Source: Candidatus Poseidoniaceae archaeon (GTDB lineage Archaea > Thermoplasmatota > Poseidoniia > Poseidoniales > Poseidoniaceae). Taken from it: a stretch of 32,000 bases of DNA. The stretch covers positions 360,001 to 392,000 of the forward strand of contig CALSTM010000003.1 of NCBI GenBank assembly GCA_943789275.1, read 5' to 3'. Below the pieces are notes generated by a model. It did not search any database. It saw only the letters and a program-made list of their open reading frames with translations, and was not told where the DNA came from. Position 1 is the stretch's first letter, and each line of letters starts with the position of its first letter. Positions 1-8,574 of the stretch are shown here, one piece after another. The position numbers and the translations under genes are program-made.

Positions 1-97
1 CTTCACCTCCATAATCACGGCAATAGGCCGGCACATCCGTCCAACCACCTGCTAAATCAATTCGGACTGGGACGCGTACGGTGATTGTCTTGGCCAT
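1..97 (-). CDS. GHMP-kinase-family protein, N-terminal fragment (gene continues past the left edge)
   Basis: The reverse complement of 1..97 starts with ATG (95-97) and reads MAKTITVRVPVRIDLAGGWTDVPAYCRDYGGE. The RIDLAGGWTDVP..YGG stretch resembles the N-terminal motif of COG2605-type GHMP sugar kinases. Only 32 codons are visible. Confidence 0.45.
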   Translation of the reverse strand, partial: MAKTITVRVPVRIDLAGGWTDVPAYCRDYGGE

Positions 98-161
98 GAT
101 TACCCGATAATTTCCACCCACATGAAGAGTGGCATTCAAGTCAAATGGTTGATACGGAGGT

Positions 162-3011
162 TTGTCTCGCACGACGGTTGGTCTCAAAATGGACAATGAA
201 TACAGCCCCGTTGATGAAGTCTCTTGGCAGCAAAAATGGGATGAAGCTCGTATTTTTGAATGTGAAATCCGAGAAGAAAGGCCTAAATTTTACTGCCTTG
301 AAATGTATCCTTACCCTTCCGGAAAAATGCACATGGGCCACGTTCGAAACTACTCGATCGGTGACGCTATTGCACGTTACAAGCGAATGATGGGCTTTGA
401 TGTTCTTTATCCAATTGGTTTCGATTCGTTCGGAATGCCTGCTGAAAATGCAGCAATAGATGAAGGTGGCCATCCGTACAACATCACTGAACGGAACATG
501 GCATCGATTACTCAACAAATCAAACGCATGGGTTTTTCATACGATTGGAAACGTCAACTCAAGAGCCATGACCCGCGCTATTACAAGTGGAATCAATACT
601 TTTTCACCAAGTTTTTCGAACAAGGTCTCGCCTATCAAGAACACGCTCCGGTCAATTGGTGTCACCAATGTGAAACAGTTCTAGCCAACGAACAGGTCAA
701 GGCTGGAAGATGCTGGCGATGCAATGGGCCTGTTGTTCAAAAAGAAATGAAACAATGGTTCCTCAACATTAACCAGTATGCGCAAGAGCTCGTTGATGGA
801 CTGGATTCTATTGCGTTCCCAGAGAACGTCAAATCACTGCAAAGAGACTGGCTTGGACGCTCAGAAGGCGCACAAATCACATTTGAAGTTGAGGGCAAGG
901 GCATGAACATCGACGTGTTCACGACCCGTCCCGATACCCTGTTTGGTGTCACGTTTGTGACCCTTGCTCCGGAACATCCGATGGCCGAACAATTGGTCAA
1001 AGGAACGGAATATGAATCGGCATGGCAAGACCTCTACGATGAAGTCTCGGTGATGGCTGAATTTGATCGAATTCGCGACATGAAAAAGAAGAAGGGTGTG
1101 CCTTCGGGGTGCTTTGCCCTTCATCCATTAACCGGCCAGAGGCTCCCAATTTGGATTGGAAACTTTGTCATCGCCTCCTACGGAACTGGAGCAGTCATGG
1201 CAGTTCCAGGTCATGATGAGCGAGACTTTGATTTTGCGAAAGCATTCGATATACCGATTCGACGCGTCCTTGTCATGGAGGAAGGGGGCGATGCTGATGC
1301 ACCATTGAAATCTGCAGATACTGCCCACGGTTGGATGGTCAACTCTCCTCTCGAAGGTTTTGATGGATTGTACGGTGAAGAGGCCATGAAAGCCATTACC
1401 GACGCGCTTGAATCCAAAGGCTCAGGTAAGCAGACCATCAATTGGAAAATCCGCCCTTGGCTCATTTCACGACAACGGTACTGGGGAACTCCAATACCTA
1501 TGATTCACTGTGGAGATTGCGGTGTTGTTGCGGTTCCTGAACACGACTTACCGGTAGAATTGCCCACTGATGTAGCCTTTGGCCAAGGAAACCCTCTTGA
1601 AACATCTGAGGAATTCTTGAATGTTGACTGTCCAAAGTGCGGTAAACCAGCGCGTCGCGAAACCGATACAATGGACACCTTTGTTGATTCTTCATGGTAT
1701 TTCCTACGATTTACTGATGCTTTGAACGATGACAAGTGTTTCGATGCGGACGCAGCGAACCACTTCATGAATGTCGATTTCTATTGCGGTGGAATTGAGC
1801 ACGCTCAAATGCATTTGATTTATGCACGATTTTACACCAAGGCACTGCGGGATTTAGGCTTGCATTCCGTTGATGAGCCGTTCAATAAGTTGCTGTGCCA
1901 AGGGATGGTTAATTCACCAGCGCCATGGTGCGACTCCTGTCAACTCACACTTTCAGTGGCCCATTCTGGCTCTCCTTGTCCTCACTGTGGAGATGAACTT
2001 TCTGAACGCTCGGCAAAGATGAGTAAGTCGCTGGGTAATACGGTTTCTCCGGGCTTGATGATTGAACAGTACGGAGCAGATACTGTCCGTTTGTTCATCT
2101 TGTTTGCGGCAAACCCAACAGCAGGTATGGATTGGTCTGATTCTGGTATCGCCTCAAACCACCGAGTGATGATCCAAATGGCTTCGATGCCTGAGAAATT
2201 ACTCGGGTGGAGCCAATCGCCTTCGCCGATGGACACATGGATGCTCGCTCGACTCAAGCAACGCTGTGCTGAGTTCCAACACGCTATGGATACACTGGAT
2301 TTGCGACGAGCGGTGGAGATCTCCCATTACGATTTGATTAAGGATATCAATTGGTATACTCGTCGAGGTGGAGAGAATGCTGAACTTGGGCTCCAAATCC
2401 TCAAGTCTTGGACCCACCTTATTTCTGTTTCAACCCCGCACCTCGCTGAACAATGGTGGCAAGAACTGGGCATGGATGGGCTTGTCAGCGGCGTGGAGTT
2501 TGAGCACTTGACTGCGATGACTGAGGCCGAACAGTCTGCGCTTGATAACGAGACGGTGCTTCGCAGCGTTCTTGATTCTGCGCGTCGCATCAAGGATGTT
2601 GCAGAACGCCATCTTGACGGGCCTGCTCAGTCCGCAACAATCGTTGTCTCTCCAACCTGGAAACGGGTTATGGCGGTTGAAGCACTCAACTTCATTGAAC
2701 AAGGTGGCAGCGTCAAGAACTTCATTGCTCATCTTTCACAAATGGAAATTGCCCAAGGAGAACGTCAAGGTGAAATCATTGGATATTGGGGCAAGAAGAT
2801 GTTACCTCAAGTGTTCAAGTGGGACGATGCATCACGTGCTCTCCTTCACAGTTCTCTGGATGAAGTGGCGGCTCTTTCGAACGGTTCTGCCTTTATTGCT
2901 CAAGAACTTGGCTTACAATCGGTTCAAGTTGTCCTTGGAGAATCGGACGAAGACCAAACTGGTCGAGCAGGTGGTTCAATGCCTCTTTCTCCAGCGATTG
3001 TTTACGCTTGA
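162..3011 (+). CDS. leuS: Leucyl-tRNA synthetase, bacterial-type catalytic/editing core with extended C-terminal domain
   Basis: 949-codon ORF. It carries HIGH (PSGKMHMGHVRNY), KMSKS (AKMSKSLGN), the CP1 editing motif TTRPDTLFG, GTGAVMAVPGHDERD, SRQRYWGTPIPM and QRDWLGRSEG. The track start at 162 is TTG; the first ATG is at 189 (MDNEYSP...). Confidence 0.95.
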   Translation: MSRTTVGLKMDNEYSPVDEVSWQQKWDEARIFECEIREERPKFYCLEMYPYPSGKMHMGHVRNYSIGDAIARYKRMMGFDVLYPIGFDSFGMPAENAAIDEGGHPYNITERNMASITQQIKRMGFSYDWKRQLKSHDPRYYKWNQYFFTKFFEQGLAYQEHAPVNWCHQCETVLANEQVKAGRCWRCNGPVVQKEMKQWFLNINQYAQELVDGLDSIAFPENVKSLQRDWLGRSEGAQITFEVEGKGMNIDVFTTRPDTLFGVTFVTLAPEHPMAEQLVKGTEYESAWQDLYDEVSVMAEFDRIRDMKKKKGVPSGCFALHPLTGQRLPIWIGNFVIASYGTGAVMAVPGHDERDFDFAKAFDIPIRRVLVMEEGGDADAPLKSADTAHGWMVNSPLEGFDGLYGEEAMKAITDALESKGSGKQTINWKIRPWLISRQRYWGTPIPMIHCGDCGVVAVPEHDLPVELPTDVAFGQGNPLETSEEFLNVDCPKCGKPARRETDTMDTFVDSSWYFLRFTDALNDDKCFDADAANHFMNVDFYCGGIEHAQMHLIYARFYTKALRDLGLHSVDEPFNKLLCQGMVNSPAPWCDSCQLTLSVAHSGSPCPHCGDELSERSAKMSKSLGNTVSPGLMIEQYGADTVRLFILFAANPTAGMDWSDSGIASNHRVMIQMASMPEKLLGWSQSPSPMDTWMLARLKQRCAEFQHAMDTLDLRRAVEISHYDLIKDINWYTRRGGENAELGLQILKSWTHLISVSTPHLAEQWWQELGMDGLVSGVEFEHLTAMTEAEQSALDNETVLRSVLDSARRIKDVAERHLDGPAQSATIVVSPTWKRVMAVEALNFIEQGGSVKNFIAHLSQMEIAQGERQGEIIGYWGKKMLPQVFKWDDASRALLHSSLDEVAALSNGSAFIAQELGLQSVQVVLGESDEDQTGRAGGSMPLSPAIVYA

Positions 3012-5177
3012 TTAACTGCGCTTCCATTCGTTTCCAGTCCACCAGTAGCTCGAGCCATCGTCCATTTTACGCCAAGTATAACCTGCTTCATCGGTCCATT
3101 GTTGCAGGACGACAGGCTCTGCAGCGACCACCGGTTGTTGAGTCACGGGTTGTTGGTGCGTTTGCTGGACAGGTGTTACCTGCGGCTGGACAGGAAGAGA
3201 AGCGAACTGCTTCACTTCTTCATCCGTAGAATCATTTCCACGGCGCATAAAAAGAACAGCGCCAACAGCGCCAACGACCAGAACAACAACTCCAATGATG
3301 GTGAACATCTGCTTTTGAGCTGCTTTTTCTTCGGCAGCGAGATTTTCTGCAACCAGTTGTGCATTGTCACCGACTCCATCTCCATCGGTGTCGAGCGTTT
3401 CAGTAGCATCGTTCGGGAATGCATCGGCATTGTCGCCTGCACCGTCACCGTCTGAATCAGCAGATTCGCTGGCATCTGTAGGGAATACGTCAGCGTTGTT
3501 TCCAACACCGTCTCCGTCGTCGTCAAGCGTTTCGGTTGCATCGTTCGGTAATGCGTCAGCATTATCGCCAACGCCATCCATGTCACTGTCCAACGTTTCA
3601 GCAGCATCGGCTGGGAACGCATCAGCATTGTCGCCAACGCCGTCCATATCCGTATCAAGCGTTTCAGTGGCGTCATTCGGGAATGCGTCAGCGTTGTTTC
3701 CTACGCCGTCTCCGTCGTCATCAAGCGTTTCACTCGCGTCATTCGGGAATGCGTCAGCGTTGTCTCCTACGCCGTCGGTATCCGTATCGAGTGTTTCATT
3801 GGCGTCATCAGGAAATACATCTGCGTTGTCGCCAACCCCGTCACCATCCGTATCGACGGTTTCAGTTGCATCGTTGGGAAACTCATCTGCGTTATCACCA
3901 ACACCATCTTCATCCGAGTCGGTCGATTCAGTTGCATCGTTGGGAAACTCATCAGCATTATCGCCGACACCATCGCTGTCAGCGTCAGAAGATTCAGTCG
4001 CATCGTTCGGAAACACATCTGCGATATCGCCCACGCCATCGCCATCAAAATCACTTGACTCGTTGGCATCGTTTGGGAAGGCATCAGCATTATCCCCGAC
4101 ACCGTCTCCATCGGTATCGACGGTTTCAGTCGCATCGTTTGGGAAGGCATCAGCATTATCGCCGACACCGTCTCCATCCGTATCTGCTGATTCACTTGCA
4201 TCATTCGGAGCCCAATCGCCGTTGTCACCTACGCCGTCTCCATCGGTATCGACGGTTTCAGTCGCATCGTTCGGAAACACGTCAGCGTTGTCACCGACTC
4301 CATCGGAATCTGAATCTTGATGTTCATTTGGATCGTCCGGGAATGCATCACTTTGATCACCGTATCCATCGTTATCAGAATCATAATCGATAATTTCGAC
4401 CGAATTTGAGGAGGCTACTGCAGTCCCCAAATCCGTTCCATCGTTTGGAGTCACGGTCATTGTCCACATCTCACCTATCGAAGTGTACGATTGAGGAACA
4501 TTGATGAAATCGTTACGCTGTGAAACTGCACTGCCATCCTTGGTCCATCGAATCTGAGTGTTTGATTCAACATCGCCGTCATCATCCGTATAGTCGTAGT
4601 TGGCAAAAAGTTCCTGATCATGGTATGCTTGTGTGATTGAACTGGAGCCCTGAGTAAGACTCACAAATACATTCGAGGCCAAAGGTGGGGTATTTTGTGT
4701 GACGATTTCAGTGATTGAGACGCTGTTTGTGTCCCATGCATCGCCCGAATTTTGGCTGTTTCCATTTCCTTGAAGAACCGCAATGTTGACGCTTACAGTA
4801 CCGCTTCCACCAACAGGTGCTTGCCAGTCAAAGGTCCATCCGAGTTGACCAGAGCCGGTGTGTGTTGCACTGGTGCCGCTTTGGATTTGGACTCCGGTTC
4901 CAGCATTTTGAAGTGTGCCTTTGTTCACAACGACGTTAAATCCTCCAACAAAAGCTTGTGTTCCACCAGTATGACCGATGTTGATGTTGTATACCTGTCC
5001 TGCGTTGTAGGATGTTGGGAAGTCGTCGGTGGCCGTTATGCCACCAGCATTGTAGTGGCAAGTGCAACCTGTCGAGGCTTGGTTATGCTTACCCGAGGAA
5101 CTTCCCTGAATTGCAGGAACAGTTGCGAGTAGAAAGAACACTGCAAGACATAGGATAGTACGCTTATACGACTTCAT
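3012..5177 (-). CDS. Membrane-anchored surface protein with about 16 thrombospondin type-3-like Ca-binding repeats
   Basis: ORF 3012..5354 is trimmed to the Met at 5177 because MKSYKRTILCLAVFFLLATVPAIQG looks like a signal peptide. A beta-rich N-terminal domain is followed by tandem 22-aa units D-x-D-x-D-G-V-G-D-N-A-D-x-F-P-N-D-A-x-E-x-x. Then come a TM helix (FTIIGVVVLVVGAVGAVLF) and a P/Q-rich tail ending in a W-rich motif. Confidence 0.85.
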   Translation of the reverse strand: MKSYKRTILCLAVFFLLATVPAIQGSSSGKHNQASTGCTCHYNAGGITATDDFPTSYNAGQVYNINIGHTGGTQAFVGGFNVVVNKGTLQNAGTGVQIQSGTSATHTGSGQLGWTFDWQAPVGGSGTVSVNIAVLQGNGNSQNSGDAWDTNSVSITEIVTQNTPPLASNVFVSLTQGSSSITQAYHDQELFANYDYTDDDGDVESNTQIRWTKDGSAVSQRNDFINVPQSYTSIGEMWTMTVTPNDGTDLGTAVASSNSVEIIDYDSDNDGYGDQSDAFPDDPNEHQDSDSDGVGDNADVFPNDATETVDTDGDGVGDNGDWAPNDASESADTDGDGVGDNADAFPNDATETVDTDGDGVGDNADAFPNDANESSDFDGDGVGDIADVFPNDATESSDADSDGVGDNADEFPNDATESTDSDEDGVGDNADEFPNDATETVDTDGDGVGDNADVFPDDANETLDTDTDGVGDNADAFPNDASETLDDDGDGVGNNADAFPNDATETLDTDMDGVGDNADAFPADAAETLDSDMDGVGDNADALPNDATETLDDDGDGVGNNADVFPTDASESADSDGDGAGDNADAFPNDATETLDTDGDGVGDNAQLVAENLAAEEKAAQKQMFTIIGVVVLVVGAVGAVLFMRRGNDSTDEEVKQFASLPVQPQVTPVQQTHQQPVTQQPVVAAEPVVLQQWTDEAGYTWRKMDDGSSYWWTGNEWKRS
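3363..4388 (-). repeat. Tandem 66-nt (22-codon) coding repeat array, about 15.5 copies
   Basis: The period was measured directly: gcgtcagcgttgt recurs at 3685 and 3751, 66 nt apart. Protein units such as DTDGDGVGDNADAFPNDATETV recur nearly identically. Confidence 0.9.
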
Positions 5178-5223
5178 AAGAAACGCTTGGGCGTGTAGGT
5201 ATTGAATGTATTGGGTTGAAAAC

Positions 5224-7929
5224 TCATTCTTCCTGCAGGTATTCACTTCCAAGAGATGCTGCATTAGAGAGAGTATCTTCGACCGAATTTGAATATTTTT
5301 TGACCGTTTTTGAGGACTTTGGATTGTTGAAGAAGGTAACATATACCGCCCCAATCACACATGCCAATGCCAGAGCATACAATCCATTGGAGAGTGTAAA
5401 CTTGCTTTCAGAAGAGGCGTCGCCATCTGAGGAACCACCGATATCAACCTGGCAACCTGCAAGGTCGACAATGCGTCCTGAATCAGTGTTTTGACACAAA
5501 TCAATTGCATTTGGAATGCCGTCTAAATCGTCATCCAGTTGGTATTGACTGCAACCTGTGATTCCCACTTGTTGGCCTGCTACTGTACGCGAACACAAAT
5601 CATTGATGTCAAGCACTCCATCTTCATCGTCGTCGTCATCTTCGGCACTGTCAATGCATCCGTCCCCATCCACATCTTGTCCTTGAGCAGCGATACCTAA
5701 AATGCCGGTTGGACAATTATCAATTCGATCGTTCACTCCATCTCTGTCGTCGTCCTCATCTTCACTGATGTCCCGACAACCGTCACCATCGTGATCATCG
5801 ATGGAGGCGCTGTCACTCCACCGGACATCGCCTCTGGGGCACGAATCAAGTGCATCGAGAACACCATCCTCATCGTCGTCAAAATCAGTGATCGAATCGT
5901 GGCAACCGTCCTGATCGTGGTCATTGATTTGGGTTGAGGTCCAAACCGGCGAATCTCGAGGGCAATTGTCCGTTGAGTTTGCAATTTCATCACCGTCTTC
6001 GTCGATATCACAACCGTCCCCGATATTATCGCCGTCAAGGTCTGCTTGCATTGGATTGGATAAGAACGGGCAATTGTCCATTTGGTCGACCCAATCGTCT
6101 CCATCGGTATCGATGTCAGCACATCCGTCTCCTTCGGCGTCGACTTCCGGAGTTGATTTCCAACCCACAGGGCCCAAGGGGCATAAGTCGACATGATCGA
6201 AAACGTTGTCTTCGTCATCATCGAAATCTTCAGTTGCATCTTTGCACCCGTCGCCGTCGTGGTCCGTTGAACCTTCAGAAAACCAATTGATGTCACCAAA
6301 TGGACAATCGTCATTCGTATCGGAGATTCCATCGTTATCGTCGTCCTCATCGCATACATCGCCCTTGAGGTCCTCGTCAAAATTGGTTTGAGCCATGTTT
6401 GAAATCCTTGGACAATTGTCTTCTCCATCAAGCACCCCGTCGCTGTCTCGGTCGGTCTGGTAAAGCCACACTCCAATATCGAAGGACCCTAAGGAAGTAG
6501 CGTTGTACGGGCCTGTAGAGAAATCTCCGTTGAAAATATAGGAAAGTAACGGTGAACCGTCTTCAGCAACCTCAAGAGCAACCGCCTCGTCGTACCCGTC
6601 ACCTCCAGCAGAGATGGCCCATTCCCACGTGTTATTTTCGAGTAACTCGGCAAGGAAAATATCGTAGTGATTTTCGTCACTGAAACCATCGATATCCGTG
6701 AGAGTGTCTTGTCCGAGAGTGAGGCCAGCGGATGTCACTCCAGTCACGAATGTGGAACCCTGTTTATTGTGAACAATACCAGTAGCACGATCAATACCGT
6801 CTCCGCCACCGGTCACAATATCCACCCATCCACCCGATTGTGAAACTTCTGCCACAAACAAATCTGTTCCGTTGGATTGTCCAGTGTAGAGGGACCCAAA
6901 GGATGCGTTTCCACTGAATTCGCCGACAATCTCAACCCCTGAGGAAGATCTTCCGTCGCAATCCCAAACCCGGTCTTCACCAAGTCCTCCAGCTGTAAGA
7001 GCCCAATCCCATCCGAATTCTGAGTATCGAGCAACGGCTATACCCGAGGGACCATCGGAGAGGAGATTCGTTTCGTTGAAAATGAGTTCACCAGTGAAAG
7101 TAGCGGCGACATATGTGGCGCCTAAGCCATCGATGCAAAGCGACCCAGTAGGCTCAATCCCTCCGATGGTATCTGTTTTCACATGAGAGAGAGACTCGCC
7201 GTTTTCGTTGAAAGACGCAATTAAGAGTGATTGGTCTGTGGAAGCCTCCAGGATGGTGTTGTTCAGTTCGACATCTCCAGTGAATCCAACAGCTAAGTGG
7301 ATGTTGTTTTCGGGTGTGACGAGCATGTCGATGACAAAAAGTTCATTTTCGTTTCGAATTTGTGTTGCCCACACCCATTCTCTTGAGGCGTCCATTCTCG
7401 CAACAAAGGCATTCCCCTCATCGAAGTACGAGTCTTTTTCCAGAGGGGCTAAATCGCCCAGTTCCAGTTCGCATACGATGCCAATGCTGTTCATGCAGTA
7501 TGTCCCCGCAACGATCAAATCACCGTTTGGCATCAATGCTATCGCATCAACAGAATCCGTAGTAACCGAGCCTTCGCTCATGGCTGTAATCCAAGTGCCG
7601 TTCGGTTCTGTCCAGCCGAGGAAAAAGTCGACGTCCTCTGAGCCACCTTTGGCACCGACCGGATCGATCACGTCATCAAACTGAATGTTCCCTTGAAACC
7701 AACCCGAAGTGATGACACTGCCGTTCGGATACATGAGGCTGTTGGCAACATAATCCATCAACCCTCCACCAAAACTTGTGGTCCAACCGTATGAGGTGTT
7801 GTTGGCTTCTTCGACAGAAGATGGGTTTGCCTTTGAATCAAGTGCGGAGTCGCTTTGAAGAGGGACAGATGACAAACTTGCGGTAACGAGTACGCAGACC
7901 AAAAAAAATGGAATGAGACTCTTGCGCAT
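5224..7929 (-). CDS. Secreted, TM-anchored protein: beta-propeller-like (SBBP-type) N-terminal half plus Cys-containing thrombospondin type-3 repeats
   Basis: 901 codons with signal peptide MRKSLIPFFLVCVLVTASLSS. The N-terminal half has repeated G..D.a.aia...dG.i.v.G.f.G....g / DaFva blades. The C-terminal half has DxDxDGxxDxxDNCP units (e.g. DNCPFLSNPMQADLDGDNIGDGCD). The C-terminal TM is LYALALACVIGAVYVTFF. Confidence 0.85.
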   Translation of the reverse strand: MRKSLIPFFLVCVLVTASLSSVPLQSDSALDSKANPSSVEEANNTSYGWTTSFGGGLMDYVANSLMYPNGSVITSGWFQGNIQFDDVIDPVGAKGGSEDVDFFLGWTEPNGTWITAMSEGSVTTDSVDAIALMPNGDLIVAGTYCMNSIGIVCELELGDLAPLEKDSYFDEGNAFVARMDASREWVWATQIRNENELFVIDMLVTPENNIHLAVGFTGDVELNNTILEASTDQSLLIASFNENGESLSHVKTDTIGGIEPTGSLCIDGLGATYVAATFTGELIFNETNLLSDGPSGIAVARYSEFGWDWALTAGGLGEDRVWDCDGRSSSGVEIVGEFSGNASFGSLYTGQSNGTDLFVAEVSQSGGWVDIVTGGGDGIDRATGIVHNKQGSTFVTGVTSAGLTLGQDTLTDIDGFSDENHYDIFLAELLENNTWEWAISAGGDGYDEAVALEVAEDGSPLLSYIFNGDFSTGPYNATSLGSFDIGVWLYQTDRDSDGVLDGEDNCPRISNMAQTNFDEDLKGDVCDEDDDNDGISDTNDDCPFGDINWFSEGSTDHDGDGCKDATEDFDDDEDNVFDHVDLCPLGPVGWKSTPEVDAEGDGCADIDTDGDDWVDQMDNCPFLSNPMQADLDGDNIGDGCDIDEDGDEIANSTDNCPRDSPVWTSTQINDHDQDGCHDSITDFDDDEDGVLDALDSCPRGDVRWSDSASIDDHDGDGCRDISEDEDDDRDGVNDRIDNCPTGILGIAAQGQDVDGDGCIDSAEDDDDDEDGVLDINDLCSRTVAGQQVGITGCSQYQLDDDLDGIPNAIDLCQNTDSGRIVDLAGCQVDIGGSSDGDASSESKFTLSNGLYALALACVIGAVYVTFFNNPKSSKTVKKYSNSVEDTLSNAASLGSEYLQEE
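5440..6452 (-). repeat. Degenerate protein-level TSP3 repeat region (D-rich, Cys-containing)
   Basis: About 9-10 units of D.D.DG..D..D.CP are seen in translation. Nucleotide identity between units is much lower than in the 3363..4388 array. Boundaries are approximate. Confidence 0.6.
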
Positions 7930-7941
7930 GTTTTACGGACC

Positions 7942-8574
7942 ATGTTACAGCATTTGAAACCGTGTGTTTTTTGTCCCACAAGTTCATGTCGGGCCCACCA
8001 ATGGATTTCCATGGACGCCCCTCAAGGAGTATGGCGTCGTTCTCTTGAGCAAAAAGAATCAATCCAAGCAAGTTTGAATCTAGCAAACCTCGATTCATGG
8101 CCATCATGGAACACTTCTGCTCAACGCGTTCTTTCCGAATCGACGGGGAGTCTCCATGTTGGGCAGCGGTTTGACCTTCATCGCATCGAACGTCAGCGCC
8201 TGATCGAGGAGATGTGGGAAGTAAGTGCCATTCGGCAGGGTGACAAACCAAAGTTCATCGAAATGGAATTTGATTGGCTCGGGCAACAGCGCGAAGGGAA
8301 AGCAATTGGGACTTCATTGAAATCGTTGAAGATGAGTGTGACTGTACTTTGTGAATCCGAAGGCGGCATAGAAATAGCTGCGTGGTGGACTGTATCCAGG
8401 TGGTCAAGATTTTTCCGAGGGCGAGTGAATGCACAGGCGAGAGCATTCGCTGCACAGTGGTTGCATGATTTATCCGGTCCCGGTACAGAGTCAATTGGCG
8501 ATTCACAGCCCCTTGCCTTTGTCGAAATTGAAAGCGAGGATTCAAAGACGGTCGGCGACGACGATGTGCGATGA
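7942..8574 (+). CDS. Hypothetical protein (orphan), upstream partner of the TPD-motif nuclease
   Basis: This is the only long ORF in the region with protein-like composition. Its TGA (8572-8574) overlaps the next ATG (8571-8573) as ATGA. The true start is uncertain; Met at 8011 (MDAPQG...) is plausible. No recognisable motifs. Confidence 0.4.
   Translation: MLQHLKPCVFCPTSSCRAHQWISMDAPQGVWRRSLEQKESIQASLNLANLDSWPSWNTSAQRVLSESTGSLHVGQRFDLHRIERQRLIEEMWEVSAIRQGDKPKFIEMEFDWLGQQREGKAIGTSLKSLKMSVTVLCESEGGIEIAAWWTVSRWSRFFRGRVNAQARAFAAQWLHDLSGPGTESIGDSQPLAFVEIESEDSKTVGDDDVR

Noticed and set aside
3364-4393. Long ORFs on the plus strand and in other frames across the repeat array (318 aa, 285 aa, 154 aa, 153 aa), giving S/P-rich or H/R-rich products.
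   Set aside because: They are frame-shifted or antisense readings of the 66-nt D/G/N-rich repeat. Their low-complexity periodic composition mirrors the repeat, and the minus-strand TSP3 frame explains the region.
4990-5060. GCTCH near the N-terminus of the TSP3 protein as a possible heme-c site.
   Set aside because: The motif is C-x-C-H, not the canonical C-x-x-C-H, and there is no other cytochrome feature.
5178-5354. N-terminal extension of the TSP3 ORF (MGRYMLPSST...).
   Set aside because: The extension overlaps the 3' end of the upstream gene. Met at 5177 starts a textbook signal peptide.
7838-8251. 137-aa minus-strand ORF in the 7.9-8.3 kb region.
   Set aside because: It overlaps the 5' end and signal-peptide region of the 901-aa gene by 92 nt. 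It competes with the plus-strand ORF that is stop/start coupled to the next gene.
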